Source: Acholeplasmataceae bacterium (GTDB lineage: Bacteria; Bacillota_I; Bacilli_A; Acholeplasmatales; Acholeplasmataceae). From it: a stretch of 64,000 nucleotides of DNA. The DNA is taken from NCBI GenBank assembly GCA_963675245.1, contig OY775910.1, positions 1,504,001-1,568,000 of the forward strand. Direction: 5' to 3'. Shown piece by piece: positions 29,061 to 38,509 of this stretch; positions within the stretch are counted from its first letter, which is position 1, and each line of letters begins with the position of its first letter. The notes under the pieces were generated by a model. That model did no database searches. It was given only the letters and a program-made list of their open reading frames with translations, and was not told the origin of the DNA. The translations under genes and the position numbers were made by a program.

Positions 29061-29615
29061 CTATTTAATAAGTAGTTGCAATGCTTGTTTGATCATTTCT
29101 TCGACACTTTGGTCAGCATTTATTTTCTTAAGCGTTTTTCTAATCTCTGTTTTCGAATATCCTAATGCCAATAAAGCTTGTGTGACATCATCTTCTTGTG
29201 TTGGGAATAGTGAATCTTCTTCACTGACAAGTTTTCCTTTTAAATCAAGAATTATCTGTTGTGCATTTTTTGTACCAATACCTGGAAATTTAGTTAAAAA
29301 CTTAACATCACCAGATTCAATGGCAAACATTGTTTCATCCACATTTGGGCTAGCCAAAATTGACATGGCACTTTTTGGACCAATTCCTGAAACACTAATG
29401 AGTTTCAAAAAAAGCTCCTTACTTTCATACGTATCAAAACCATATAAAGCATTGATATCTTCTCTTATATAATGATGAACAAAACAAGTAACTTCATCAC
29501 CTATATGATATTGATATGGATATGGTGACAGGATGAGATATCCTATCCCTTGATTCTCAATGACAATATGACTTGGTTTTACACTTGTTATAATTCCTTT
29601 TATGGTTGCGTACAT
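29061..29615 (-). CDS. ruvA: Holliday junction branch migration protein
   Basis: IRED..LYGF, VSGIGPK, PGIG.K.A.QIILDLK, AL.ALGY. Confidence 0.95.
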   Translation of the reverse strand: MYATIKGIITSVKPSHIVIENQGIGYLILSPYPYQYHIGDEVTCFVHHYIREDINALYGFDTYESKELFLKLISVSGIGPKSAMSILASPNVDETMFAIESGDVKFLTKFPGIGTKNAQQIILDLKGKLVSEEDSLFPTQEDDVTQALLALGYSKTEIRKTLKKINADQSVEEMIKQALQLLIK

Positions 29616-29721
29616 GTATTCACCTGTTCATCTAAATGTTAGCATCATTATACCATTTTTACTCGCTTTTTTCCATGCATAAATACATCTATGATATAAT
29701 AAATTTAAAGGTGATTAAAAG

Positions 29722-32700
29722 TTGAATAAAGACGAATTAAAGACAATAAAAACTGCATTTGAAGCCGAATTAAACCGTGATAAAATTTACCATCAAACCG
29801 AACGGTCTATCAGTAAACTAATTCGCGAAATTCCTTCAGAATTGAAGACAATTGCGCATCACGATAGTGATCAAAAAGCGCATTTTTCTAGTCGTATTAA
29901 TACCTTTAATGATGAATATCAGTCTAATGTATCAAACTTTGATAAAGCAATTAAACTGATTAACACTAAAAACGAAACAGAACTAAAAAATATAAAGCGT
30001 AAAAAAAATTATCAATTAGATAAAATCACAAAACGCTTCAATCAACAAATTGATACTTTAAATCAACGTCGTGAACAAGTTGAATCTGAATATAATCAAA
30101 AGTTAAAAGAAATTGAAACAACCCTTCAAAGAGATCTAGGAAGTTATCGAAAAGTATCTCAAAATGCACGTAAACTTAATCAAAAAGTCACACTAGAAAT
30201 TGAAAAAGAACAACAAGAAGCCTTAAAAGGGTTAAAAAACATTTTTGATAATTCGACGAAACAAAGAGATTTAAAACGCCAATCCTTCATTGAAGATTAT
30301 GGACAACGAAAAAAAGAAATCGATAGTAGACAACAAGATTCTACGACAAATAATAATAATGTTTATATCAGCATTAAAACAAACTATAATGAATTTTCGA
30401 TGATTTTCAATAAGAAAATCAACACCCTTAATAAAGAAAATCAAAACGCATTAAAAACTATTAAAGAGCGTTATGAGGCTAAACGCGAGCCTATTAATCA
30501 ACTTTTAATTAAGCTTAAAGATGATTACAATCGTGCTATCGAGCACTTAAAGCTTTCTCATCAAGAAGAGCTCATCAAAATGAATGAAGATTTCAAAGAT
30601 AAAAAACAACAATATGAAGAAAAAAAGGCACGTATAATTCATGAATCTAACGAAATCGTATCTTTATTAAATTCTAAATTAACGGCTTATAAAGAAGCGG
30701 TCAATCGTGATAATTTAGAATCTTCTAGACAATTAAGAAGCGAAATCAAATCAACAGATGATGAACATAAACAAGTGGATCTGCAAAAAGAAATTCGTGC
30801 AAATTTAAAAAATGCAAATAATGAATTAAATAAACAAATCATTCGAACAAATAAAGAGATTTCAGTTAAACAACGAGAATTTCATTATCGATTATACAAT
30901 CATGATTTAGCCTATTTAAAGTTAATTAATGATTGGCGACTACTCAAAACATTAACAAATTACAGATATAAGCAGTCAATCGCTAAGATTGATTTGAATT
31001 TTAATCATAATATTTCACAATCAAAAGCACAATTAGCCTTAAATGAAGCGATCTATAAACATCAAGAACAGCTTCTTAATCTTTCTTTAAATCGTGATTT
31101 ATTATCATTAGAAACGCAGTTACAGCTTGGTTCAATTATCCAAGAGAGAGAATTGAATTTGTTAACTAATGATCAACAAACCGCACTTAATATAACTAAG
31201 TTAGAACATGCACAATTGGATATAGATCATCAATTAGCCTTGGAAGAGTTGGATTTTTTACAAAAGAAAGATGAACTTTCCTATGAATACAATAAATTAA
31301 CTGTCAGTTCAAATACACAATTAGAACTTGAAAAAGCACGTAGTAGACGTGATTTTTCACTTGAAGAACAAGATATTAGAGGTGAAATCGCTAAAAAGAT
31401 TTATGAACGTAGTGAACATAACCTAGATCACGAAAAAAAGCTTTCTTTATTGGAAATCGATCACGAGATGAAGACGATCGAAATGACACAAGATAATGAC
31501 GCATTTCATATTGACTCATCCTATCGTAACCTCGCACATAAACGCATGTCATTTATGATGAAAGCATCGATCAAAAATCTAAAAAGATCGAGTATCGCTA
31601 ATGTTAATCGCGTTCGCAAAATAGATCATGAAGAATTACTGGATTATCATTATCATATTACACAATTTTTATCTTATTTGCTTCATTTACATGATAAAAG
31701 AATCTCCATGCGAAAACTCATCCATGACCTCTATTTAGCGCCATCACATCCCGAAACTTTCAAACAATCACTACAACTCGCCATACGTTTTGATCATGAA
31801 ATTGATTTAGCTATGCATGAATATATTCATACATTTGAAAATCGTTCTCGTGAAGTTTTTAAATTAAAAATTGATAACCAAAAAGATTATCGATCATTAT
31901 TAAAGCATGATGAAATCTTAAAATTCTATACTGCAAAAACAAAACGTTTAGACAGAGAACAAAAAGTCATTGAGTCAGAAATTCAACATATCGAGCAAAA
32001 CTACATTAAATTTCAATCTGATATTGATCAAAACAAATCATTTATCGCTCAACTTATTAAGATTAATGATCAAATCAAATCAGGTCTTTTACCTTTACAA
32101 ACCTCATATGATTATAGAGAAAATATAAAGCTAATTAAAAATCATCAAAAAGTGATAGCTCACTTAAAAGACAATATGAAACGTTCTGATCGTTTAATCA
32201 ATATTAAACACAAAGAAATTAATGCGCTAGCAAAAGAACAAACATCGGTTCAAAGAAGCATTGAGAATGAAACTAAAAAATTAACAAGAGAAAAAGAAAA
32301 CGAGTCACAATTCTACTTAAGACATTTAGTGAAGCTTGATAAACACTATAAAGTATTAAGTAAGAAACTCTCCCTCTTCACACATCATTCACTCTCATTT
32401 TATAGTGATTTAAAAGATTTAGTATATGTCACAAACGATGCATTGCAAAGTGCATTTAAAAAGCTTAGAACGCATCGTATGCAGTTTGAAAGACAACTCA
32501 TTGTCGCTGAACAACATCTATTAAGAGATACGTTAGCCTATTTTCAAGAATGTCAACATATTGAAGATAATCACGCAGTAGTTATCGCTAATAAGACGGC
32601 TAAATATATAAATGAAATCAATGATAATATCATAACATTCAACCATGATCAAGATAATGCATTAAAACTGCAAACAACGATGCTTTTAAAGCAAAACCGA

Positions 32701-33318
32701 GCAATGTCAAGAGATGAAATACACCAAAGAGATATACTTCATTTAAACAAAGAAAAAACAACTCATGTGGATTTACATGACATTAAGCAACTAGAAGAAA
32801 AATTGGATGCACATCTTGTTCATAGTGAATCAGAATTAAATGCACTCAATGAAAACCAACGTGCCATCGCACTACAATATGTTAAAGAAGCTGAACAAAA
32901 ATTAGATATTCATTATAAAGAGCATCAAAAGCATATTAATTTCTTTAAATCACGTTTCGCAAATACGTCAAATGATTTGGAAAGCACAAATGCAACCTTG
33001 CTAAATAAAAATCAAGTACTGCTATCACGCTATGTCGCTCAATACGCGAAAACAGTTGAAAACATGAAAAGTAAACTTGCTCATTATAATTCACAAATTG
33101 ATCATCATCTTTTAGATATTAAAAAAGCAACGGAACTTCATCACAAGGATGCTGCACTCAAAGATAAGCGCAGATTGGATGAACTGAATAACATCAAAAA
33201 TCATTTACATCGTTTTGAACAGCAGGCAGAATCAGCACAAAAGGGTACCCTTAGCAAAGAAACACTTGCATTAAAGCGTAATCTTAACTTCAAAATTAAA
33301 GCATTAAAATTAAATTAA
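29722..33318 (+). CDS. 1198-aa predicted coiled-coil protein of unknown function
   Basis: K/E/Q/L/N-rich heptad-like sequence with very few Pro/Gly; no Walker motif, TM helix or signal peptide seen. TTG start after SD AAAGGTG. Confidence 0.75.
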   Translation: MNKDELKTIKTAFEAELNRDKIYHQTERSISKLIREIPSELKTIAHHDSDQKAHFSSRINTFNDEYQSNVSNFDKAIKLINTKNETELKNIKRKKNYQLDKITKRFNQQIDTLNQRREQVESEYNQKLKEIETTLQRDLGSYRKVSQNARKLNQKVTLEIEKEQQEALKGLKNIFDNSTKQRDLKRQSFIEDYGQRKKEIDSRQQDSTTNNNNVYISIKTNYNEFSMIFNKKINTLNKENQNALKTIKERYEAKREPINQLLIKLKDDYNRAIEHLKLSHQEELIKMNEDFKDKKQQYEEKKARIIHESNEIVSLLNSKLTAYKEAVNRDNLESSRQLRSEIKSTDDEHKQVDLQKEIRANLKNANNELNKQIIRTNKEISVKQREFHYRLYNHDLAYLKLINDWRLLKTLTNYRYKQSIAKIDLNFNHNISQSKAQLALNEAIYKHQEQLLNLSLNRDLLSLETQLQLGSIIQERELNLLTNDQQTALNITKLEHAQLDIDHQLALEELDFLQKKDELSYEYNKLTVSSNTQLELEKARSRRDFSLEEQDIRGEIAKKIYERSEHNLDHEKKLSLLEIDHEMKTIEMTQDNDAFHIDSSYRNLAHKRMSFMMKASIKNLKRSSIANVNRVRKIDHEELLDYHYHITQFLSYLLHLHDKRISMRKLIHDLYLAPSHPETFKQSLQLAIRFDHEIDLAMHEYIHTFENRSREVFKLKIDNQKDYRSLLKHDEILKFYTAKTKRLDREQKVIESEIQHIEQNYIKFQSDIDQNKSFIAQLIKINDQIKSGLLPLQTSYDYRENIKLIKNHQKVIAHLKDNMKRSDRLINIKHKEINALAKEQTSVQRSIENETKKLTREKENESQFYLRHLVKLDKHYKVLSKKLSLFTHHSLSFYSDLKDLVYVTNDALQSAFKKLRTHRMQFERQLIVAEQHLLRDTLAYFQECQHIEDNHAVVIANKTAKYINEINDNIITFNHDQDNALKLQTTMLLKQNRAMSRDEIHQRDILHLNKEKTTHVDLHDIKQLEEKLDAHLVHSESELNALNENQRAIALQYVKEAEQKLDIHYKEHQKHINFFKSRFANTSNDLESTNATLLNKNQVLLSRYVAQYAKTVENMKSKLAHYNSQIDHHLLDIKKATELHHKDAALKDKRRLDELNNIKNHLHRFEQQAESAQKGTLSKETLALKRNLNFKIKALKLN

Positions 33319-33344
33319 AGAAGGTTGACATACCTTCTTTTTTT
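33317..33344 (+). terminator. intrinsic terminator
   Basis: AAAGAAGGT-TGACAT-ACCTTCTTTTTTT. Confidence 0.8.
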
Positions 33345-33433
33345 ATATAAAAATCCAACAACTTTAGTTTTTTAATTTTCTAAATAGTTAAGTTTTGGTC
33401 CATTTTTATGCGTATTTTATCAATTCTAAACAT

Positions 33434-33447
33434 TGTAAACGTTATCA
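33434..33447. promoter_or_regulatory. cre-like (CcpA/LacI-type) box upstream of the hydrogenase promoter
   Basis: TGTAAACGTTATCA fits TGWAANCGNTNWCA; extended -10 TGnTATAAT at 33489-33497. Confidence 0.55.
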
Positions 33448-33537
33448 AATAAATTTTTAATTTTGCCTCTTTATTTATAAAAAGTTCATGTTATAATTCA
33501 AGCAGAATATACGAATTATAATAGAGGAGAATTACAT

Positions 33538-34038
33538 ATGAATAAGTATGTCCCATTTGATGACAATCAGATGAAACTTTTTTATGCGCGCATTGATGAA
33601 AACCTAAAGTATCCAGGACCTTTGATGCCAACCTTACACGATGCACAAGAAGTTTTTGGTTACATTCCTATTTCTATCCAAAAAATTATCGCTGAAAAAT
33701 TAAATGTTAGTATTGCTACTATAAATGGTGTGGTCACCTTTTATAGTAATTTTTCGACTGAACCCAAAGGTGAACACCAAATTAATGTTTGTCTTGGAAC
33801 TGCTTGCTATGTTAAGGGTTCAAAAAATATTATGGAAACATTAGAAAATCATTTTCATGTAAAAGCTGGTGAAACCACAAAGGATGGCAAAGTAACATTA
33901 TGTGCCTCAAGATGTATCGGTGCATGTGGTCTAGCACCTGTTTTTTCAATTGATGAAAAAATAATTGGAACTGGATCAGTTGCAAAAGTTAATCAAGCCA
34001 TTAAAACATTGGAGGAAGAAACTGCTAATGAATCTTAA
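33538..34038 (+). CDS. NuoE-like [2Fe-2S] hydrogenase subunit (HydC/HndA-like)
   Basis: L..AQ..FGYIP, GVVTFY, VCLGTAC, CIGACGLAP. Confidence 0.9.
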   Translation: MNKYVPFDDNQMKLFYARIDENLKYPGPLMPTLHDAQEVFGYIPISIQKIIAEKLNVSIATINGVVTFYSNFSTEPKGEHQINVCLGTACYVKGSKNIMETLENHFHVKAGETTKDGKVTLCASRCIGACGLAPVFSIDEKIIGTGSVAKVNQAIKTLEEETANES

Positions 34039-34411
34039 GGACATCATTGACAATTATAATTGTACGGTATACACACCAGATTTAATTCACGAAAAAGACA
34101 TAAAATATGGTTTCTGTGCAGATTTAATGAGTGATGCACTGATTATTATCAATAGTGTCAAGGATGACGCTATATTAGCTCATGGCATGCTCATCACTGG
34201 ACTTGTTACACAACAATCAATACGTACTGCAGAGATGTTAGATATAGATGTCGTTTTACTCGTTAGAGGAAAAATACCTTCAATAAAAGTGATTGATTTA
34301 GCTTATGAGTCTAATATTATGTTGATAGCAACATCTTATACAATGTTCAATATTAGTGGGGCTTTATATGAACAAGGTATACGCGGAATTACATATAACG
34401 AACAATGGTAA
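34028..34411 (+). CDS. DRTGG-domain protein
   Basis: ADLMSDAL, LITGL, IRTAEMLD, VRGK; start moved to MNLKD (SD GGAGG). Confidence 0.8.
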   Translation: MNLKDIIDNYNCTVYTPDLIHEKDIKYGFCADLMSDALIIINSVKDDAILAHGMLITGLVTQQSIRTAEMLDIDVVLLVRGKIPSIKVIDLAYESNIMLIATSYTMFNISGALYEQGIRGITYNEQW

Positions 34412-34836
34412 ACGAATATCAGATCATTGCAAAAAACTATGAATTAGCTGGACGTGCTTCTTCTAGTATTAAAAAAGATCTGAAAAAACGGAATTTATCA
34501 CGTCAATTGATTAAAAGAATTTGCTCGGCATCCTATGAAGCTGAAATTAATGTCGTTATCCATTCTATTGGGGGATATGCAACATATCATTTTAACGATA
34601 CATATATAGAACTTAATTACTATGATGATGGACCAGGTATTCTAGATATCGAATTAGCTATGACAGAAGGTTGGTCTACAGCTAGCGAACAAGACCACAT
34701 GAACGGTTTTGGAGCGGGGATGGGTTTAGCAAATATTAAACGCTGTTCAGACATGATGGAATTGACCTCAACACCCGAAGGCACACATCTTAGATTACTC
34801 TTTTTCTTGGAGGATGCAGATGCCAATAATCAATGA
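34405..34836 (+). CDS. RsbT/anti-sigma-type Ser/Thr kinase (GHKL)
   Basis: YEAEINVVIH (N box), DDGPGI (G1), GWST, GFGAGMGL (G2). Confidence 0.85.
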   Translation: MVNEYQIIAKNYELAGRASSSIKKDLKKRNLSRQLIKRICSASYEAEINVVIHSIGGYATYHFNDTYIELNYYDDGPGILDIELAMTEGWSTASEQDHMNGFGAGMGLANIKRCSDMMELTSTPEGTHLRLLFFLEDADANNQ

Positions 34837-35158
34837 TTTACTGAAAAACGATTTGTTTAAATGTTTTACAAATACATCTACAAAGTCCAATCATTTTACA
34901 CATGTTTATACAACAGATTTGATCAGCATGGTCATTAAGCATGCCAAAAATGAACCTATTCTTATCACACAAATTTGTGCAGAGGCAACTCTTGCAGTTG
35001 CTATTATGCTTAACTTACCAGCTATTATCTTAACCGAAGATCATTTCTTCTCAGAACAGTTGATTACACGTGCAAATGATGAGCAAATTGCAGTTATTAC
35101 TACTTCTTTAACTGCATCTGATGCCATTATTGTCCTTCACGAGATGGATTTAATATGA
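34814..35158 (+). CDS. second DRTGG-like protein
   Basis: DLISMV, ILITQ, LAVA, AIIL, RA....IAVI; the start may be 34820. Confidence 0.7.
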   Translation: MQMPIINDLLKNDLFKCFTNTSTKSNHFTHVYTTDLISMVIKHAKNEPILITQICAEATLAVAIMLNLPAIILTEDHFFSEQLITRANDEQIAVITTSLTASDAIIVLHEMDLI

Positions 35159-35826
35159 TATACCATTATGATTTACATATTCACAGTGTGTTATCACCAT
35201 GTGCAGATTGTTTAATGACACCAAATAATATTCTAAATATGGCAATGATTAAAGGATTAAATGTGATTGCCATCACTGATCACAATTCGACAAAACAGTT
35301 GAAAGTCTGTGCTGAAATTGCAAAAAGTTATGATTTATTATTTATTCCAGGTGTTGAAATTACGGTTAATGAAGGATTTGATATATTAGTTTATTTTAAA
35401 TCATTAGACGATGCATTGAAATTTGATGTCATTCTAGAAAAACATTTGCCTTGCAAAACATTTGATGATAGTTATTATGGTTCCCAAGAAATCATGGATG
35501 TTAATGATGAAGTGATCTCATATTATCCTCATCTACTGATACAACCACTTAGATTAACTATAAATGCGTTATATGAGTCATTAAAACATATTGAATATTT
35601 GATTGTTATTCCACACCTGGAAAGACAGCCTAAAAATATATTAACTTACTTTAATGAATTACCTTATCATGCGATTGAGTCTAAACGTGAAATATTGACT
35701 CGCAAGCAATTACATAACTCGGATGCTCATCAAATAATTGATATTTTAGAAAGTACACAAAAGAATGAAATTGAGCTTCCTTCATTAACGATTGATGCAT
35801 TCTTTGAATATTTCAAACATGACTAA
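35155..35826 (+). CDS. PHP-domain metal-dependent phosphoesterase
   Basis: DLHIHS..SPC, ITDHN, PGVE, PH, NSDAH. Confidence 0.88.
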   Translation: MIYHYDLHIHSVLSPCADCLMTPNNILNMAMIKGLNVIAITDHNSTKQLKVCAEIAKSYDLLFIPGVEITVNEGFDILVYFKSLDDALKFDVILEKHLPCKTFDDSYYGSQEIMDVNDEVISYYPHLLIQPLRLTINALYESLKHIEYLIVIPHLERQPKNILTYFNELPYHAIESKREILTRKQLHNSDAHQIIDILESTQKNEIELPSLTIDAFFEYFKHD

Positions 35827-36313
35827 GTTTACTGATTATATTTTTGATATCGTGCAGAATAGTTTAGCTTCAAATGCATCCAACATAACGATTAAAATCA
35901 TCAAAAAAAAGAATTTAAAATTCATTGTAAAAGATAATGGATATGGTATGAGTAAAGATGAGCTTAAGCGGATAACATCACCATTTTATACGACGAGAAC
36001 GACACGTAAAATCGGACTAGGTTTATCACTCATTATTTTATTGACAGAGCAAACAAGTGGCTCATATGACATAAAATCTGTTAAAAATCATGGTACAAAG
36101 GTTACTTTTGAGTTTGATAATAAACACTTAGATTTTCCGCCAGAAGGCAATTATGGAACTTTGATTGCTGATATTTCTTCACATCAGCATATTAACCATT
36201 TATCATTTATCTATATACATCATCATAAACGATTTAAATGGCGTTATAAAGATCAATCACGACAATTAATTATTAAAGAAATTAATCAATATATTGATAG
36301 AGGTGGCTTATGA
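35819..36313 (+). CDS. stand-alone HATPase_c (histidine kinase-like ATPase)
   Basis: DIVQNS, DNGYGM, PFYTTRTTRKIGLGL, GTKV; start moved to MTKFTD. Confidence 0.82.
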   Translation: MTKFTDYIFDIVQNSLASNASNITIKIIKKKNLKFIVKDNGYGMSKDELKRITSPFYTTRTTRKIGLGLSLIILLTEQTSGSYDIKSVKNHGTKVTFEFDNKHLDFPPEGNYGTLIADISSHQHINHLSFIYIHHHKRFKWRYKDQSRQLIIKEINQYIDRGGL

Positions 36314-36681
36314 AGACTTTAGCAGAATTAAAAACAATGAGAGAAAATGCATTAAAAAAAATGACGATGCGATCCGTTAAAGAAGGATTTCGCATTCAAG
36401 TGGGTATGGGGACGTGTGGTATTGCCTCTGGTGCAAGACCAATCTTGAATTCATTTTTTGAACAAGTAGAGTTTCATGATCTTAAAAATGTCATGATTAC
36501 ACAAGTCGGTTGTATGGGTAATTGTGCACATGAACCTATGGCAGAGATTATTGATTCTTCTGGTCAATCATACATCTACTGCTCTTTAACGATTCCTATG
36601 GTTAGAGAAATTGTTGAAAAACATTTAATCAACGGTAACCCTGTTCAAAAGTATTTATTAGTTGATAGAAAGGAACTATAA
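36310..36681 (+). CDS. thioredoxin-like ferredoxin hydrogenase subunit (HydD/HndB-like)
   Basis: VGMGTCGIASGA, VGCMGNC..EP, IVEKHL.NG. Confidence 0.85.
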   Translation: MKTLAELKTMRENALKKMTMRSVKEGFRIQVGMGTCGIASGARPILNSFFEQVEFHDLKNVMITQVGCMGNCAHEPMAEIIDSSGQSYIYCSLTIPMVREIVEKHLINGNPVQKYLLVDRKEL

Positions 36682-36685
36682 AGCG

Positions 36686-38509
36686 ATGCAAGAACGTATA
36701 CAATTACTCATTTGTGGTGGCACTGGTTGCATGAGTTCCCAATCTGAAGACATTAAGAAAACTTTTGAAACCATATTATCTGAGATGAAACTTGATAAAG
36801 AAGTAGGACTGGTTTTAACTGGATGTTTTGGCCTTTGTGAAAGAGGTCCTGTCATTGTCGTATATCCTGATGAAACCTTTTATGCAAATGTCAAAATCAG
36901 TGATGTCAAAGAAATTTGTGAAGAACATCTTTTAAAAGGAAGACCTGTTAAAAGATTATTGATTAAAAATAAAGCAGATCGTAAAATTATCGAAAAATTT
37001 ACACAACTTGATTTTTATGCAAAGCAAGAAAGAATTGCCTTACGCAATTGCGGAAAGATAAATCCATTAGATATTACTGAATATATCGCTAAAGATGGTT
37101 ATGAAGCACTCGGTCAAATATTAACGCGTAAAACACCTGAAGAAGTGATAGATACGATGATCGCTTCTGGTTTACGAGGTCGTGGAGGTGGTGGTTTTCC
37201 CACTGGTTTGAAATGGCAATTTGCTAGTCGTGCACGTGGTGATCAAAAGTATGTCATTTGTAATGCAGACGAAGGAGACCCAGGTGCTTTTATGGATCGT
37301 GCTATTTTAGAAGGTGATCCTCACTCTGTATTAGAAGCGATGGCAATATGTGGCTACGCAATCGGCTCTAATCAGGGCTATATCTATGTAAGAGCTGAGT
37401 ACCCTGTAGCTGTTAAACGATTGGAACATGCGATTAATCAAGCACGTGAATTAGGATTACTCGGAAAGAATATATTCGATTCAGGTTTTTCTTTTGATAT
37501 CTCAATTAGATTGGGTGCTGGTGCATTTGTATGTGGTGAAGAAACGGCATTAATCCGCTCGATTGAAGGTGGACGTGGTATGCCAAAATTAAAGCCTCCT
37601 TTTCCAGCTATTAAGGGATTATGGGATAAATCAACAAATGTAAACAATGTAGAAACATTAGCGAATATCCCCGTTATTTTCTTAAAAGGTCCTGAGTGGT
37701 TTAAAACGATTGGTACTGACAAATCACCTGGAACAAAAGTTTTCGCTTTAGGTGGAAAAATTACGAATACGGGTCTTGTTGAAATTCCTATGGGAACGAC
37801 ACTACATGAAGTTATTTATGATATTGGTGGTGGTATTCCAAATAAAAGAGCATTTAAAGCCGTTCAAACTGGTGGTCCTTCTGGTGGATGTATTACAGCA
37901 AAGGACTTAAATACACCCATTGAATATGAAACACTTACTAAACTTGGATCAATGATGGGTTCAGGTGGCATGATTGTCATGGATGAAGATAACTGTATGG
38001 TTGACGTCGCACGTTTTTATTTGGACTTTACAGTTGATGAATCTTGTGGTAAATGCACACCTTGTCGTGAAGGTACAAAACAAATGCTCGAAATTTTAAA
38101 TCGCATTTGTGAAGGAAACGGCACGCTTCAAGACATTGATGAATTAGAGTCATTAGGCAATATGATTAAAAAAACATCATTATGTGGTCTAGGACAAACC
38201 GCACCTAACCCTGTATTGTCGACGTTAAAACACTTCAGAGAAGAGTATATTGCTCACGTTACTGATCATTTATGTCCAGCAGGTGTTTGTGCAAATTTAA
38301 CAAATTTCGTTATCGATGATAGTTGTATAGGTTGTACAAAATGTGCCAAAAATTGTCCAGTTGATGCCATTGAAGGTTCACCAAAACAGCTTCACGTCAT
38401 TGATACTGATTTATGTATCCATTGCGGTGCATGTAAAAAAGCCTGTCCAGTAGGCGCAATCTCAAGTCAACCAATCAGCAAGGAGTACGACTATGAACAA
38501 GCAAATTAA
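36686..38509 (+). CDS. NuoF-like FMN/NAD-binding hydrogenase subunit (HydB/HndC-like)
   Basis: N-terminal CGGTGC/GCFGLC; GLRGRGGGGFP, CNADEGDPG, GAFVCGEETAL, ESCGKCTPC, two C-terminal 4Fe-4S motifs. Start moved to MQERIQ. Confidence 0.93.
   Translation: MQERIQLLICGGTGCMSSQSEDIKKTFETILSEMKLDKEVGLVLTGCFGLCERGPVIVVYPDETFYANVKISDVKEICEEHLLKGRPVKRLLIKNKADRKIIEKFTQLDFYAKQERIALRNCGKINPLDITEYIAKDGYEALGQILTRKTPEEVIDTMIASGLRGRGGGGFPTGLKWQFASRARGDQKYVICNADEGDPGAFMDRAILEGDPHSVLEAMAICGYAIGSNQGYIYVRAEYPVAVKRLEHAINQARELGLLGKNIFDSGFSFDISIRLGAGAFVCGEETALIRSIEGGRGMPKLKPPFPAIKGLWDKSTNVNNVETLANIPVIFLKGPEWFKTIGTDKSPGTKVFALGGKITNTGLVEIPMGTTLHEVIYDIGGGIPNKRAFKAVQTGGPSGGCITAKDLNTPIEYETLTKLGSMMGSGGMIVMDEDNCMVDVARFYLDFTVDESCGKCTPCREGTKQMLEILNRICEGNGTLQDIDELESLGNMIKKTSLCGLGQTAPNPVLSTLKHFREEYIAHVTDHLCPAGVCANLTNFVIDDSCIGCTKCAKNCPVDAIEGSPKQLHVIDTDLCIHCGACKKACPVGAISSQPISKEYDYEQAN

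Noticed and set aside
29722..33318. SMC/SbcC or phage tape-measure identity for the 1198-aa protein
   Set aside because: No Walker A/B or signature motif, no Ala/Gly-rich tape-measure character and no phage genes nearby.
33425..33455. Rex operator before the hydrogenase operon
   Set aside because: Poor fit to the 18-bp TTGTGAA-N4-TTCACAA pattern; the cre consensus fits exactly.
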